Assembly: GCA_044867735.1 (NCBI GenBank)
Contig: JBIOVO010000286.1
Location: 1,666-65,665, forward strand
Direction: 5' to 3'
DNA length: 64,000 bases
Source: Pyrinomonadaceae bacterium
GTDB lineage: Bacteria; Acidobacteriota; Blastocatellia; Pyrinomonadales; Pyrinomonadaceae
Shown in pieces: positions 53,066 through 63,800 of this stretch. Positions within the stretch are counted from its first letter, which is position 1. The number at the start of each line of letters is the position of its first letter. Both the position numbers and the translations under genes were made by a program. The notes below the pieces were generated by a model, which was given only the letters and a program-made list of their open reading frames with translations, had not been told where the DNA came from and did not search any database.

Positions 53066-56000
53066 CTAAAGACTTCGGATCACTTCGGTGATGTCGTCCA
53101 GCTCGTGTTGGCTCCATTGAAAGTCTTCGAAATCCGACGGCGTGAAACCAGCCACTTCACCCCACTGACACTGTTGAATCAGTTCTCGCAGCGCCTCAAT
53201 GAAGTATTCGGCTACTCGTTCTACTGTCTCTCGCTTGTGCACCTGCTCGCTGTAGGACCATGTCAACTGCAACTGTCCGCCGGCCACTCCGCCAGTCACC
53301 TCCAACAGATGCCCTCGCTGGTTCGCCCCACTGCGCCCGTCGCCGCGCTCCTCGCGGCCCACTCGAAACAGCCCACTCTCACTCAGCGTTTGATCAAACT
53401 GTCCCGTGTAGTTGAACACCACCTCCGCCTGCGGCAGCTCTCGCAAACGTCTCCGGTTCTCGGTCTCCGCGCTGAGGTGCTTCAGCAGTCCATAGCCAAT
53501 TCCCTGCTCCGGTATCGCGCGCACCTGCTCTTTCACCTGTTTGACTACTTCGCCGACTTCCGTTAATCGTCCCTTCACTTCCAGCAACACCGGATAGATC
53601 GAGGTGAACCAGCCCACTGTCCGCGATACATCTACCTGCTCGCTGATCGGCTGCCGCCCGTGACCTTCCATGTCTACCAGCACCACCTGCTGTCCGGTCC
53701 ACTGTCCCAGGGCCACCGCCAACGCGCTCAACAGCACTTCATTGATCTGCGTGTGATAGACCCCGGGCACGTCCTGCAACAACGCTTCCGTCTCCTCCCG
53801 GCTCAAACTCACTCCCACCGCTCCAGTGTTCCGCAGCAGGTTCTCGCCTCCGGCGTAATCGCGCGGTAGTTGTCTCACTTGCTCCGCGCGCAGCCAGTAC
53901 TCCCACTGCTCCTGCACCGTCGCACTCGCGGCGTAACTCGCCAGCGCCTCTGACCACTGCTGGTACGACGTGCTCTTAGCGGGCAGTTGGACTTCCTCGC
54001 CTGCTATCAGGGCGTCGCACGCTCGTTGCAAGTCTTCCATCAGGATGCGCCACGACACGCCATCGACCACCAGGTGATGACACACCAACAACAACCTTGC
54101 GGCCTGGCCTGTACCGAGGTCGAAGTACACCACTCGCACCACCGGTCCATCTGTCAGGTTCAGACTCGCCTGCACCGCCGCGGCCTCTGCCTCAATCGCC
54201 GCACTCTGCTCACTCGCAGGCACATTAGTTAAATCAATTTTGGTGAAGCTGACTGGATCGGCTGCGTCCGCGTGATACTGTTGCCAACCTGAATCTGACC
54301 GTTCGAAGCGCAATCGCAGCGCATCATGCTGGACCACTATCTGCCGCACGGCTTCTTCGAGCAGTTCCGGCTCGACCGCCTGCCGCAATTCCAGCAGCAC
54401 GCTCTGGTTGAAATGATGCGGTTCGTTCAGTTCCTGTTCGAAGAACCAGTGTTGAATCGGAGTCAATGACGCCGGCCCCATCACGATCCCCTGCTCCGCC
54501 ACAATCGCTGCGGCCGTTCCAGCTACCGCTGCCAGCTTCGCCACTGTCTGATGCTGGAAGACATCTTTCGGCGAAAGCCGTACACCAACCTGATTGGCAC
54601 GTGAGATCACTTGAATGCCCAGGATCGAGTCGCCACCGATCTCGAAGAAGTTGTCGTGGATACCAACGCGCTCCACTCCCAACACCTGCGCCCATATCCC
54701 TGCCAGCAGTCTCTCCACTTCACTCCGCGGCGCTTCATACTCTCGACTTTGGCCCAACCCCAACTCGGCAGCCCCCAGCGCCTTGCGATCTACTTTTCCA
54801 TTGGCAGTCAGCGGCAGTTCCGTCAGCTCTACAAACACACTCGGAATCATGTAAGCCGGCAGCTTCGTCTCCAAATACTCGCGCAGCTCACTCACTTCCA
54901 ACTCCGCTCCGGCAGCCAACACCACGTAGCCAACCAATCGCTTCTCGCCTTCGCCTTCCGTCCGCACTACTACCACGCTCTCGCTGATGCCTTCATAGCC
55001 AGCCAGCGCTTCTTCCACTTCTCCCAACTCTATCCGGTAACCGCGCACCTTCACCTGCTGGTCTGCACGTCCAATGAACTCCACCACTCCTTCAGCATTC
55101 CATCTGACTACATCGCCAGTCCGATACAATCGCGATCCTGGCTCCGCGCTAAACGGGTTCGGAATGAACTTCTCCGCCGTCATCTCCGCGCGTCCCACAT
55201 ACCCACGCGCCAACCCATCGCCGCCCAAATACAACTCGCCTCTCACGCCTACCGGTACCGGCCGTTGTTGTTCATCCAAGACATAAGCAGTCGAGTTCGT
55301 GATCGGCTTTCCGATCGGCACACTCTCGCCAACACTCTCCCCCGCTCGCATCACGTGACAGCAACTGAACGTCGTGTTCTCCGTTGGCCCATAACCATTT
55401 ATCAGCACACGCCCTTCTGTTCCTGCTCTTGCCTCACCTGCTCCTGCCTCTGCTCCTGGCTCCAGTACTGCCTGCACCGCGCGCACGCCCAACACATCGC
55501 CGCCAGCCAGAAGCTGCTTCACTTCTCTTAGGATCTCGAGTTGCTCCGTCGCCATCACCTGGAACAATCCGCCTGTCAGCCACATCGTGCTCACACCCTG
55601 CTTCGTTATCGTCTCGGCTATCTCTGCCAAACTCGGTCGCCCTGCTTTCATCACCACCAGCCGCGCACCGTTCAGCAGCGCGCCCCAGATCTCAAACGTC
55701 GAGGCATCGAAACTCACCGGCGCCATTTGCAGCACCACTTCTGCTTCGTCCAGCTTCACGTAGTTGCTCTGCTGCACCAGTCGCACTACACCCCGATGCG
55801 GCACCGCCACGCCTTTCGGCTGTCCCGTCGAACCCGACGTGTAGATCACATAGCAGAGCGTCTCTGCACTCGCGCCACTCTCCGGTGCGTGACTACACTC
55901 AACTGCGCCCCAATCCTCGCCTAACTCCAGACACGTCACTTCTGCACTCACCGGCAGCCGTTCACGCAACTCACTTTGCGTAAGCAGCACATTGACACCC

Positions 56001-59000
56001 GCATCCGCGAGCATGTACTCCAACCGCTCCTGCGGATACTCGGCATCCAGCGGCAAATACGCGCCACCGGCTTTCAGGATTCCCAACAGCCCCACTATCA
56101 ACTCAACACTGCGCTCGACACAGATCCCCACGACTACTTCCGGACCGACACCCAGTTCCTGCAGCCGCCACGCTAACTGGTTCGCACGCTGGTTCAGTTC
56201 TCCATAACTCACCTGCTCACCTTCTGCGATCACCGCGATCGCTTCCGGACGCCGCGCCGCCTGCTCTGCGAACAGTTCATGAATACAGGCTTCGCGCGCA
56301 TACTCGCGCTCTGTGTCATTCCACGCCACCACCACCTGCTGCTCTTCCGCCGCACTCAACATCCGCAGCTCGCCCACTCGCTGCTGCGGGTTGAAAACCA
56401 TCTCTTCCAGAATCCGTTCATAGTGGCTGAGCATTCGTTTGATCGTTACTTCATCAAACAAATCAGTGCTGTATTGCAGACCTCCCACCAACCCGTCGTT
56501 TGTCTCCGCGATTGACAGGGTCAAATCAAATTTCGCCGTGCCACTCGTTACATCGAGCGGAAGCACTTTCAGGCTTTGTGCGGCAACAGCTTCCTGCGGA
56601 GTGTTCTGCAAAGTAAACATCACCTGGACCAGGGGATTAGCGCCCGGCTGCCTTACGACTTTTAGCGCGTCAATCAACTGCTCGAATGGAATGTCCTGGT
56701 GTGAATAGGCGCCCAGCGCGGTCTCTCTTACTCGCCGCATTAATTGCTGAATGGTGAGATTGCGGGCGACCTGTGTCCTTAAAACCAGTGTATTAACAAA
56801 AAAGCCGATAAGATTTTCAACTTCTTTTCTACTTCGGCCCGCAATAGGAGAGCCGATTGCGATATCTTCTTTCCCCGCGTAACGAGCAAGCAATATTTGA
56901 AACGCTGTTAGCAGCGTCATGTAGAGCGTCAGATCTTCACTGGCACTGAGGCTTTTTAGCGCTTGCGAAAGACGACGCGATAACTTCACTTGTTCGGTAG
57001 CGCCACGGAAACTTTGCACGTTTGGCCGCGCGCGATCCACCGGCAATTCCAACACGGGCGCAACGCCTTGCAACTGCTCTCGCCAGTAGCCCATCTGTTG
57101 CTCGAGCATCTCGCCCCGCAGCCACGTGCGTTGCCACACCGCATAATCGGCGTACTGAATCTCCAAGTCAGCCAGCGGTGATTCTTTTCCTTGCCGGTAC
57201 GCCTCGTACAAGCTGCTAATCTCTTTCACCAGTACGCCCATGGACCAGGCATCGCTGATGATGTGGTGCATGGTGAACAGCAACACATGCTCGCCTTCCG
57301 ACAGTTGCAGGACACTCAGCCTCATCAATGGACCAGTTCTCAGATTGAAAGGCCGTTGCGCTTCCCGCAAAGCATGCTCGCGCACACGTTTTTCCTGCTC
57401 TCCGTCCTGCCGCAAATCTACGATCGTCACGTTGAGTGCAACTTCCGGAAGGATGACTTGTTTTGGTTGACCGTGCTCGGCTACGAAGACGGTTCGCAAC
57501 ACTTCATGACGTTTAACAATTTCACTGACGCTTCGCTCCAATGCCGGGATATCGAGTTCACCGCTGAGGCAAATGGCGCCGGGAATGTTGTACGCGGACC
57601 CGGTACCTTCCAGTTGGTCCAGGAACCACAACCGCTGCTGCGCAAACGAAAGAGGCAAATCTCGATCGCGATCGACTCGCGCTATGTCCGGAGCTATAAA
57701 TTGCTCCACTCCCAACGCCGTTTCGATCTGACTGCTGAATTCGCTAAGCGTCGGCGCTTCAAACACACTCTGCAGCGGCAACTCCACCTTGAAGCTCTCT
57801 CGCACTCGCGAGATCACCTGCATCGCCAGCAGTGAGTGTCCGCCCAACTCGAAGAAGCTGTCGTGGATGCCAACGCGCTCCACTCCCAACACTTCACTCC
57901 AGATTCCTGCCAGCAATTCTTCCACTGCCGTCCGTGGTCCAACGTACTCGCCTGCCGAGTCCATCTGTCCCGGCTCCGGCAACGCTTTCCGATCCACTTT
58001 TCCATTGGCGGTCAACGGCAACGCCGCCATCTCAACCAGCACGCCCGGGATCATGTAGCTCGGCAACTGCTCGCCCAGGTACGCGCGCAGTTCATTCACT
58101 TCTACCGTCGCTCCCTCTGCCGCCACCACATAGCCCACGAGCTGCTCATCTCGCACCACCACCACACTCTGCTGGATTGACTCATGCCGCTGAAGTGCTT
58201 CTTCAACTTCACCCAACTCAATCCGGTAACCCCGCACCTTTACCTGCTGGTCCAACCTGCCTACATACTCCAGCCGCCCGTCCGCCCCGTACCGCACCTC
58301 GTCTCCCGTCCGGTACAGCCGCTCGCCACTTCGCCCACTCACGCCGTCCGGCACAAAGCGCTCGGCAGTCAACTCCGGTCGTCCCCAGTACCCGCGGCCC
58401 AACCCGTCGCCGCCCAAATACAACTCACCGCGCACGCCCACCGGCACTACCTGCTGCTCCCCATCCAGCACATAAGCGCGCGTGTTTGCTATCGGTCTAC
58501 CGATCCGCACCGCTTCCCCGCGCTCCACCTTTTCCCAGGTCGAGTACGTCGTGTCCTCGGTTGGCCCATACAGGTTATTGACCTCTTGCACCTGCTCCAA
58601 CGCGTAGATCTCTTCCACCAAACTGCGACTCAACGCTTCACCGGCAAGGTTCACCACCCGGACTGACTCCGGCACCCGCCCGCTGCGCACCAACTCACGC
58701 ATCGCACTCGGCACCGTGTTGATCAGCCGCACTTCCTCGCGTCTTGTCAGTTCGCCAAGTTGCAACGCATTCGCAGCCACGATCACCTTCCCACCACGGC
58801 TCAACGGCACGAACAATTCAAACACCGACAGATCGAAGTTAATCGACGTCGAGAACAAGACTCCATCCAGCGCTTCTTCCGTAAACACTGTCTCGGCCCA
58901 GCTCAGCAGCGCCACTGCGCTCCGGTGCTCCACTGCTACCGCCTTCGGTCGTCCTGTCGATCCGGACGTGTACAGCAGGTACGCCAGGTTGCCGCTATTC

Positions 59001-60814
59001 ACACTGCTCAGTGGCTCTTCAACCGAACCCGCTACACTATCGAGGTACAGCATTTCCGCACTCACCTGCTGCGGCAGCCGCTCGCGCAACTCTCTCTGCG
59101 TCAGCAGCACGCTCACACCAGCATCCTCGATCATGTATTCCAGCCGCTCGCGCGGATACTCCGCATCAAGGGGCAGATAAGCACCACCAGCTTTCAGGAT
59201 CCCCAGTAGTCCCACCACCATTGCAACACTACGCTCGACACAGATCCCAACGACAACTTCCGGTCCCACACCCAATGATTGCAGGTGATTCGCTACCTGG
59301 TTCGCACGCTGGTCCAACTCTGCATAACTCACCTGCTCACCTTCCGAGATCACTGCAATCGATTCCGGTGTCCGCCGCGCCTGCTCCGCAAACAACTCAT
59401 GGATACAAACCTCTTGCGGATACTCACGCTCCGTGTCATTCCACTCCGCAACTATCTGCCGCTCTTCCGCGGCACTCAGCATGCGCAACTCAGCCACTCG
59501 CTGCTGTCCACCCGCCGTCATACTCACGAGTACCTGCTCGAAGTGGACCAACACTCTCTCGATCGTCTCCGCGCTGTAACGCTGCTTGTCATACGGCGCC
59601 CGCAACATCAGCCGCTCACCCGGGCCAACCAGCATCGTCAACGGATAATTCGTCCGCTCTATCGAGCTTAGCTGGTCGTACTTCACCTCTTGCTCGGGGT
59701 CATTCTGCTCGCCTGTCGCCTGCTTGATCGGATAGTTCTCGTACGCCAGCAACGTCTCGAACAATCCCACTCCGCGCTCGATTTCACTCCAACCCTGCAC
59801 CTCTACGAGCGGGCTATACTCGTACTGCCGCATCTCCGCCTGCTCTGCCTGCAAACGCTGCAGCCAACTGCCTACTTCCGCGTCGCTCTCAACCTGCACC
59901 CGCATCGGCAGCGTGTTGATGAACAACCCGATCATCTGGTCCACTCCGGCCAACTCCGCCGGACGCCCTGATACGGTCACGCCATAAACCACATCACGTT
60001 CGCCGCTGTAGCGACTCATCAACACTGCCCACGCTCCCTGAATTACGGTGTTGAGTGTCACTTGCTGCTCTCGCGCCAGTGCTTCAAGCGCCCTCGTGTT
60101 CGACGCTGTCAGATAACGCTCGCTCTGTCCGTAGCCCGCTTCGCGTTGCTCACCACGCGCCAGTTCCACCCCCAGCATCGTTGGCTTCGTAAAGCCCGCC
60201 AGTCTGTTTCTCCAGTAGCTCTCCGCGGCCTTCAGATCCTGTTGCTGTAGCCAGCCGATGTAGTCGCGATACGGACGCGACCGCGGCAATTCAACAACCT
60301 CGCCCTGCTGGTACGCTTCATAAAACCGGGACACTTCCTGCAACAACAACGATGCGCACCATCCGTCCAGCAGGATGTGATGAAAGCTCCACACCAGTTG
60401 CCAGTCACTCTCACCGAGTCGCAACAGTGTCATGCGCATTAATGGAGATTTGGAGAGTTCGAAACCGCGTGCGCGATCGGCGTGCAGAAAAGCGTCTTTT
60501 CGTTGCTGCAGATCAGCCGCTGAGAGTCCGCGCCAGTCCTCCTCGGCCCACGGCAGACTGACTCGCTCATTTACTACCTGCAAAGGCTTTTGAACTTCTT
60601 CCCAGTAAAACGAGGTGCGCAGAATTGGATGGCGGTCCACAACCTTCTGCCACGCATGCTGCAGAGCGGCGCTGTTCAGCGTTCCACGAAAGTCGAGGCT
60701 CACCTGCTCGAAATACACGCCCGACTCCGGCGCGAGCAGGCTGTGAAACAACATTCCCTGTTGGATCGGGGAAAGTTCGTAGATATCTAAAATTTTTCCG
60801 CTGACCGCTTTCAT
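53066..60814 (-). CDS. NRPS, 2 modules: C(DCL-type)-A-T / C(LCL-type)-A-T-E
   Basis: This 2582-aa protein carries YELSPIQQGMLFH, HHILLDGWC, YLLYTSGSTGRPKA, FFELGGHSL, LPLSFAQQRLWFL, MHHIISDAWS, YVIYTSGSTGQPKG, FFEIGGDSI and HHLVVDGVSWRI. Codes read by eye are DLFNNALTYK (Ala) and DAFWLGGTFK (Val). Its ATG overlaps the upstream stop codon as ATGA (60811-60814). Confidence 0.95.
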   Translation of the reverse strand: MKAVSGKILDIYELSPIQQGMLFHSLLAPESGVYFEQVSLDFRGTLNSAALQHAWQKVVDRHPILRTSFYWEEVQKPLQVVNERVSLPWAEEDWRGLSAADLQQRKDAFLHADRARGFELSKSPLMRMTLLRLGESDWQLVWSFHHILLDGWCASLLLQEVSRFYEAYQQGEVVELPRSRPYRDYIGWLQQQDLKAAESYWRNRLAGFTKPTMLGVELARGEQREAGYGQSERYLTASNTRALEALAREQQVTLNTVIQGAWAVLMSRYSGERDVVYGVTVSGRPAELAGVDQMIGLFINTLPMRVQVESDAEVGSWLQRLQAEQAEMRQYEYSPLVEVQGWSEIERGVGLFETLLAYENYPIKQATGEQNDPEQEVKYDQLSSIERTNYPLTMLVGPGERLMLRAPYDKQRYSAETIERVLVHFEQVLVSMTAGGQQRVAELRMLSAAEERQIVAEWNDTEREYPQEVCIHELFAEQARRTPESIAVISEGEQVSYAELDQRANQVANHLQSLGVGPEVVVGICVERSVAMVVGLLGILKAGGAYLPLDAEYPRERLEYMIEDAGVSVLLTQRELRERLPQQVSAEMLYLDSVAGSVEEPLSSVNSGNLAYLLYTSGSTGRPKAVAVEHRSAVALLSWAETVFTEEALDGVLFSTSINFDLSVFELFVPLSRGGKVIVAANALQLGELTRREEVRLINTVPSAMRELVRSGRVPESVRVVNLAGEALSRSLVEEIYALEQVQEVNNLYGPTEDTTYSTWEKVERGEAVRIGRPIANTRAYVLDGEQQVVPVGVRGELYLGGDGLGRGYWGRPELTAERFVPDGVSGRSGERLYRTGDEVRYGADGRLEYVGRLDQQVKVRGYRIELGEVEEALQRHESIQQSVVVVRDEQLVGYVVAAEGATVEVNELRAYLGEQLPSYMIPGVLVEMAALPLTANGKVDRKALPEPGQMDSAGEYVGPRTAVEELLAGIWSEVLGVERVGIHDSFFELGGHSLLAMQVISRVRESFKVELPLQSVFEAPTLSEFSSQIETALGVEQFIAPDIARVDRDRDLPLSFAQQRLWFLDQLEGTGSAYNIPGAICLSGELDIPALERSVSEIVKRHEVLRTVFVAEHGQPKQVILPEVALNVTIVDLRQDGEQEKRVREHALREAQRPFNLRTGPLMRLSVLQLSEGEHVLLFTMHHIISDAWSMGVLVKEISSLYEAYRQGKESPLADLEIQYADYAVWQRTWLRGEMLEQQMGYWREQLQGVAPVLELPVDRARPNVQSFRGATEQVKLSRRLSQALKSLSASEDLTLYMTLLTAFQILLARYAGKEDIAIGSPIAGRSRKEVENLIGFFVNTLVLRTQVARNLTIQQLMRRVRETALGAYSHQDIPFEQLIDALKVVRQPGANPLVQVMFTLQNTPQEAVAAQSLKVLPLDVTSGTAKFDLTLSIAETNDGLVGGLQYSTDLFDEVTIKRMLSHYERILEEMVFNPQQRVGELRMLSAAEEQQVVVAWNDTEREYAREACIHELFAEQAARRPEAIAVIAEGEQVSYGELNQRANQLAWRLQELGVGPEVVVGICVERSVELIVGLLGILKAGGAYLPLDAEYPQERLEYMLADAGVNVLLTQSELRERLPVSAEVTCLELGEDWGAVECSHAPESGASAETLCYVIYTSGSTGQPKGVAVPHRGVVRLVQQSNYVKLDEAEVVLQMAPVSFDASTFEIWGALLNGARLVVMKAGRPSLAEIAETITKQGVSTMWLTGGLFQVMATEQLEILREVKQLLAGGDVLGVRAVQAVLEPGAEAGAGEARAGTEGRVLINGYGPTENTTFSCCHVMRAGESVGESVPIGKPITNSTAYVLDEQQRPVPVGVRGELYLGGDGLARGYVGRAEMTAEKFIPNPFSAEPGSRLYRTGDVVRWNAEGVVEFIGRADQQVKVRGYRIELGEVEEALAGYEGISESVVVVRTEGEGEKRLVGYVVLAAGAELEVSELREYLETKLPAYMIPSVFVELTELPLTANGKVDRKALGAAELGLGQSREYEAPRSEVERLLAGIWAQVLGVERVGIHDNFFEIGGDSILGIQVISRANQVGVRLSPKDVFQHQTVAKLAAVAGTAAAIVAEQGIVMGPASLTPIQHWFFEQELNEPHHFNQSVLLELRQAVEPELLEEAVRQIVVQHDALRLRFERSDSGWQQYHADAADPVSFTKIDLTNVPASEQSAAIEAEAAAVQASLNLTDGPVVRVVYFDLGTGQAARLLLVCHHLVVDGVSWRILMEDLQRACDALIAGEEVQLPAKSTSYQQWSEALASYAASATVQEQWEYWLRAEQVRQLPRDYAGGENLLRNTGAVGVSLSREETEALLQDVPGVYHTQINEVLLSALAVALGQWTGQQVVLVDMEGHGRQPISEQVDVSRTVGWFTSIYPVLLEVKGRLTEVGEVVKQVKEQVRAIPEQGIGYGLLKHLSAETENRRRLRELPQAEVVFNYTGQFDQTLSESGLFRVGREERGDGRSGANQRGHLLEVTGGVAGGQLQLTWSYSEQVHKRETVERVAEYFIEALRELIQQCQWGEVAGFTPSDFEDFQWSQHELDDITEVIRSL

Positions 60815-63800
60815 ATAAGCGCACCCTCACTGGTTTCGGTAAGTCGAGTAAGAAACTTGTCGAGATCTTTTTGACTCAATCTGGCTTCCGGAAAATCCGA
60901 TGGAGTGAAACCAGCCACTTCACCCCACTGACACTGTTGGATCAATTCTCGCAGCGCCTCGATGAAGTCTGCCGCTACTCGCTCCACTGTCTCCCGCTTG
61001 TGTACCTGCTCGCTGTAGGACCAAGTCATCTGCAACTGCCCGCCGGCAACGCAGCCAGTTACCTCCAACAGATGCGCGCGTTGGTTTGCTCCACTGCGTC
61101 CTTCGCCTCGATCTTCGCGGCCCGATCTAAACAGCCCGTTCTCACCCAACGTTTGATCAAACTGACCCGTGTAGTTGAAGACCACTTCTGCCTGCGGCAA
61201 CGCTCGCAAGCGCTCGCCGGCTTGGCCCAGGTACCGCAGCATTCCATAGCCCATGCCCTGCTCCGGTATCGCGCGTACCTGCTCCTTCACTTGCTTCACG
61301 ACTTCGCCGACCGCGGTTAGTCGTCCTTTCACTTCCAGCAGCACCGGATAGATCGTCGTGAACCAGCCCACCGTGCGCGACACATCTACCTGCTCACTGA
61401 TCGCTTCGCGCCCGTGTCCTTCCATGTCTACCAGCACCACCTGCTGCCCGCTCCACCGGCCCAACGCCACCGTCAACGCGCTCAGCAACACTTCGTTGAT
61501 CTGCGTGTGATAGACGCCGGGCACTTCCTGCAGCAATGCTTCTGTCTCTTCACGGCTCAAACTCACTCCGACAACTCCGGTGTCGCAGATCCGGTTTTCG
61601 CCACCGTCGTAATCTCGCGGCACAGGCTTCACCTGTTGTCGCTCTGCACTCAGCCAGTACGCCAATTGCTGCTGCACTGCGGGAGTCGCTGCGTAGACCG
61701 CAATCGCTTCCGACCACTGCTGGTACGACGTGCTCTTCGAAGGCAGTTGCACTGCTTGACCTGCTAGCAGCGCATCGCATGCGCGTTGCAAATCTTCCAG
61801 CAGAATGCGCCACGAGACGCCGTCGATCACCAGGTGATGGCACACAGCAAGCAGCCGCGCCGGCTGGCTTTCACCTAAGTCGAAGTAGACGAATCGGACC
61901 AGCGGTCCTTCACTTAGGTTCAGACTCGCCTGCACCGCCACCGCCTCTGCTTCGATCGCTGCACTCTGTTCGCTTGCGGGCGCCGTACTCAGATCGAATG
62001 TGGTGAAACTAACCGGCTCCGCCGCATCTGCGTGATATTGATTCCAGCCTGATTCTGATCGTTCGAAGCGCAGTCGCAGCGCATCATGGTGCAACACCAG
62101 TTGCTGCGCCGCTTCCGCCAGCAGTCCCGGTTCAACTGCCTGCTGCAATTCGAGCAGCACGCTTTGATTGAAATACTGCGGCTCGTCTAGCTCCTGCTCG
62201 AAGAACCAGTGCTGAATCGGAGTCAACGACACCGAGCCCATCACCAAACCCTGCTCCGCGCCAATGATGGCGCTCGATCCGATGGCCTCGAGCAAAGTAG
62301 CAATCGTCTGATGTTGGAATAGATCCTTTGGCGTGAATTGCAACCCAAGCTCTTTGGCCAGGGCGATGATCTGAATACTGACGATGGAGTCGCCGCCGAG
62401 CTCGAAGAAGTTATCGTTGATGCCCACTCGGTCCACCATCAGCACTCGTTTCCAGATCTCTGCGAGTCTTGCTTCCGTCGTCGATCGCGGTGCTATGTAT
62501 TCGTTAACCACCAGCGCCGTCCCCTCTACGTCGGGTAACCTCTTGCGGTCCACCTTTCCGTTCGGCGTCAATGGAATCGACTCCAGTTTGATCAACTGCG
62601 ATGGCACCATGTATTCCGGCAGCTTCTCTCTTACACTCTGTCGCAATTCGCCGGCGCTCACTTCACTGCCTTCGTGCTGCACGACATAGGCCACGAGGCG
62701 CTTATTTCCATCAGCGTCATCTCTGACCGCAGCTACGCTCTCTTTTACTGACGAATGCTCGTTCAGGACGGCTTCGATCTCTCCCAACTCGATCCGGTAT
62801 CCGCGCACCTTCACCTGCTGATCGCGTCGCTCCAGATACTCCAGTTCTCCTTCAGCTTTCCATTTCACCGTGTCGCCTGTGCGGTACAACCTGGTTCCCG
62901 GGCCAAATGGATTTGCTACAAAACGTTCGGCTGTGAGTTCTGGCCGGTTCATATAACCGCGGGCCACGCCGTCGCCGCCGATGTACAACTCTCCGGGAAC
63001 GCCGACAGGCGCCGGTCGCAGGTGTTCGTCCAAAACATAGAACTGTGTGTTTGCGATTGGTTTTCCAATCAACACTGAGTCGGTCTTGGGAGCCACTCGC
63101 CACAGTCCGGACCAGATTGTTGTTTCGGTTGGTCCATACAGGTTCCAAACCACCGACTGATCACTCGCGAGTTGATTGGCGAGTTCACGATTCAATGCTT
63201 CGCCGCCGCACCAACGCTGCAAGCCGTCGAGTCCGTCCAGACCAGCGCCGGCTAACAGTCTCCAGGTAGCAGGTGTCGCTTGCATGACGGTGGCTCGGCT
63301 CGTGATCAAGCGTTCTTTGAGCAACATGCCCTGGGCCGCCATCTCACGGCTGACGACTTCCACTCGAGCGCCGCAGACGAGGGGTAGAAAGATTTCGAGG
63401 GCGGCGATGTCGAAGGACAGAGAAGTAACTGCAAGCAAGTAGTCGCCTGCGGTTAGTCCCGGCTCGCGCCGCATTGAGTCTAAGAAGTTGACGAGAGCGC
63501 GATGCTGAATCTGCACGCCCTTGGGAATGCCGGTCGAACCCGACGTGTAGATCAAGTAAGCCAGGTTGAACGGGTTGATGTTCGCGTGCGGGTTCTCATC
63601 CGAGTGGCTGAAGAACAGGTGCTGATCTGCATCGAGACAGAGAATGTGAGCAGCACTCAAAGGCAACGATGGCAGCAGCGATTGCTTAGTGAGCAGGATT
63701 GCAGGTGCAGCGTCATTGAGCATGAAAGAAAGCCGTTGCTGCGGGTAGGTAGGATCGAGCGGCAAATAAGCGCCGCCGGCTTTCAGGATCCCCAGCAAGC

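Noticed and set aside
60811-60814. The possibility that the two NRPS ORFs meeting here are one gene split by a sequencing frameshift.
   Set aside because: The junction is a clean ATGA overlap. The upstream protein ends with the same type of post-E acidic docking tail as the other junctions. The downstream protein starts with the same M...IYELSPIQQGMLFH acceptor-type N-terminus as the other genes.
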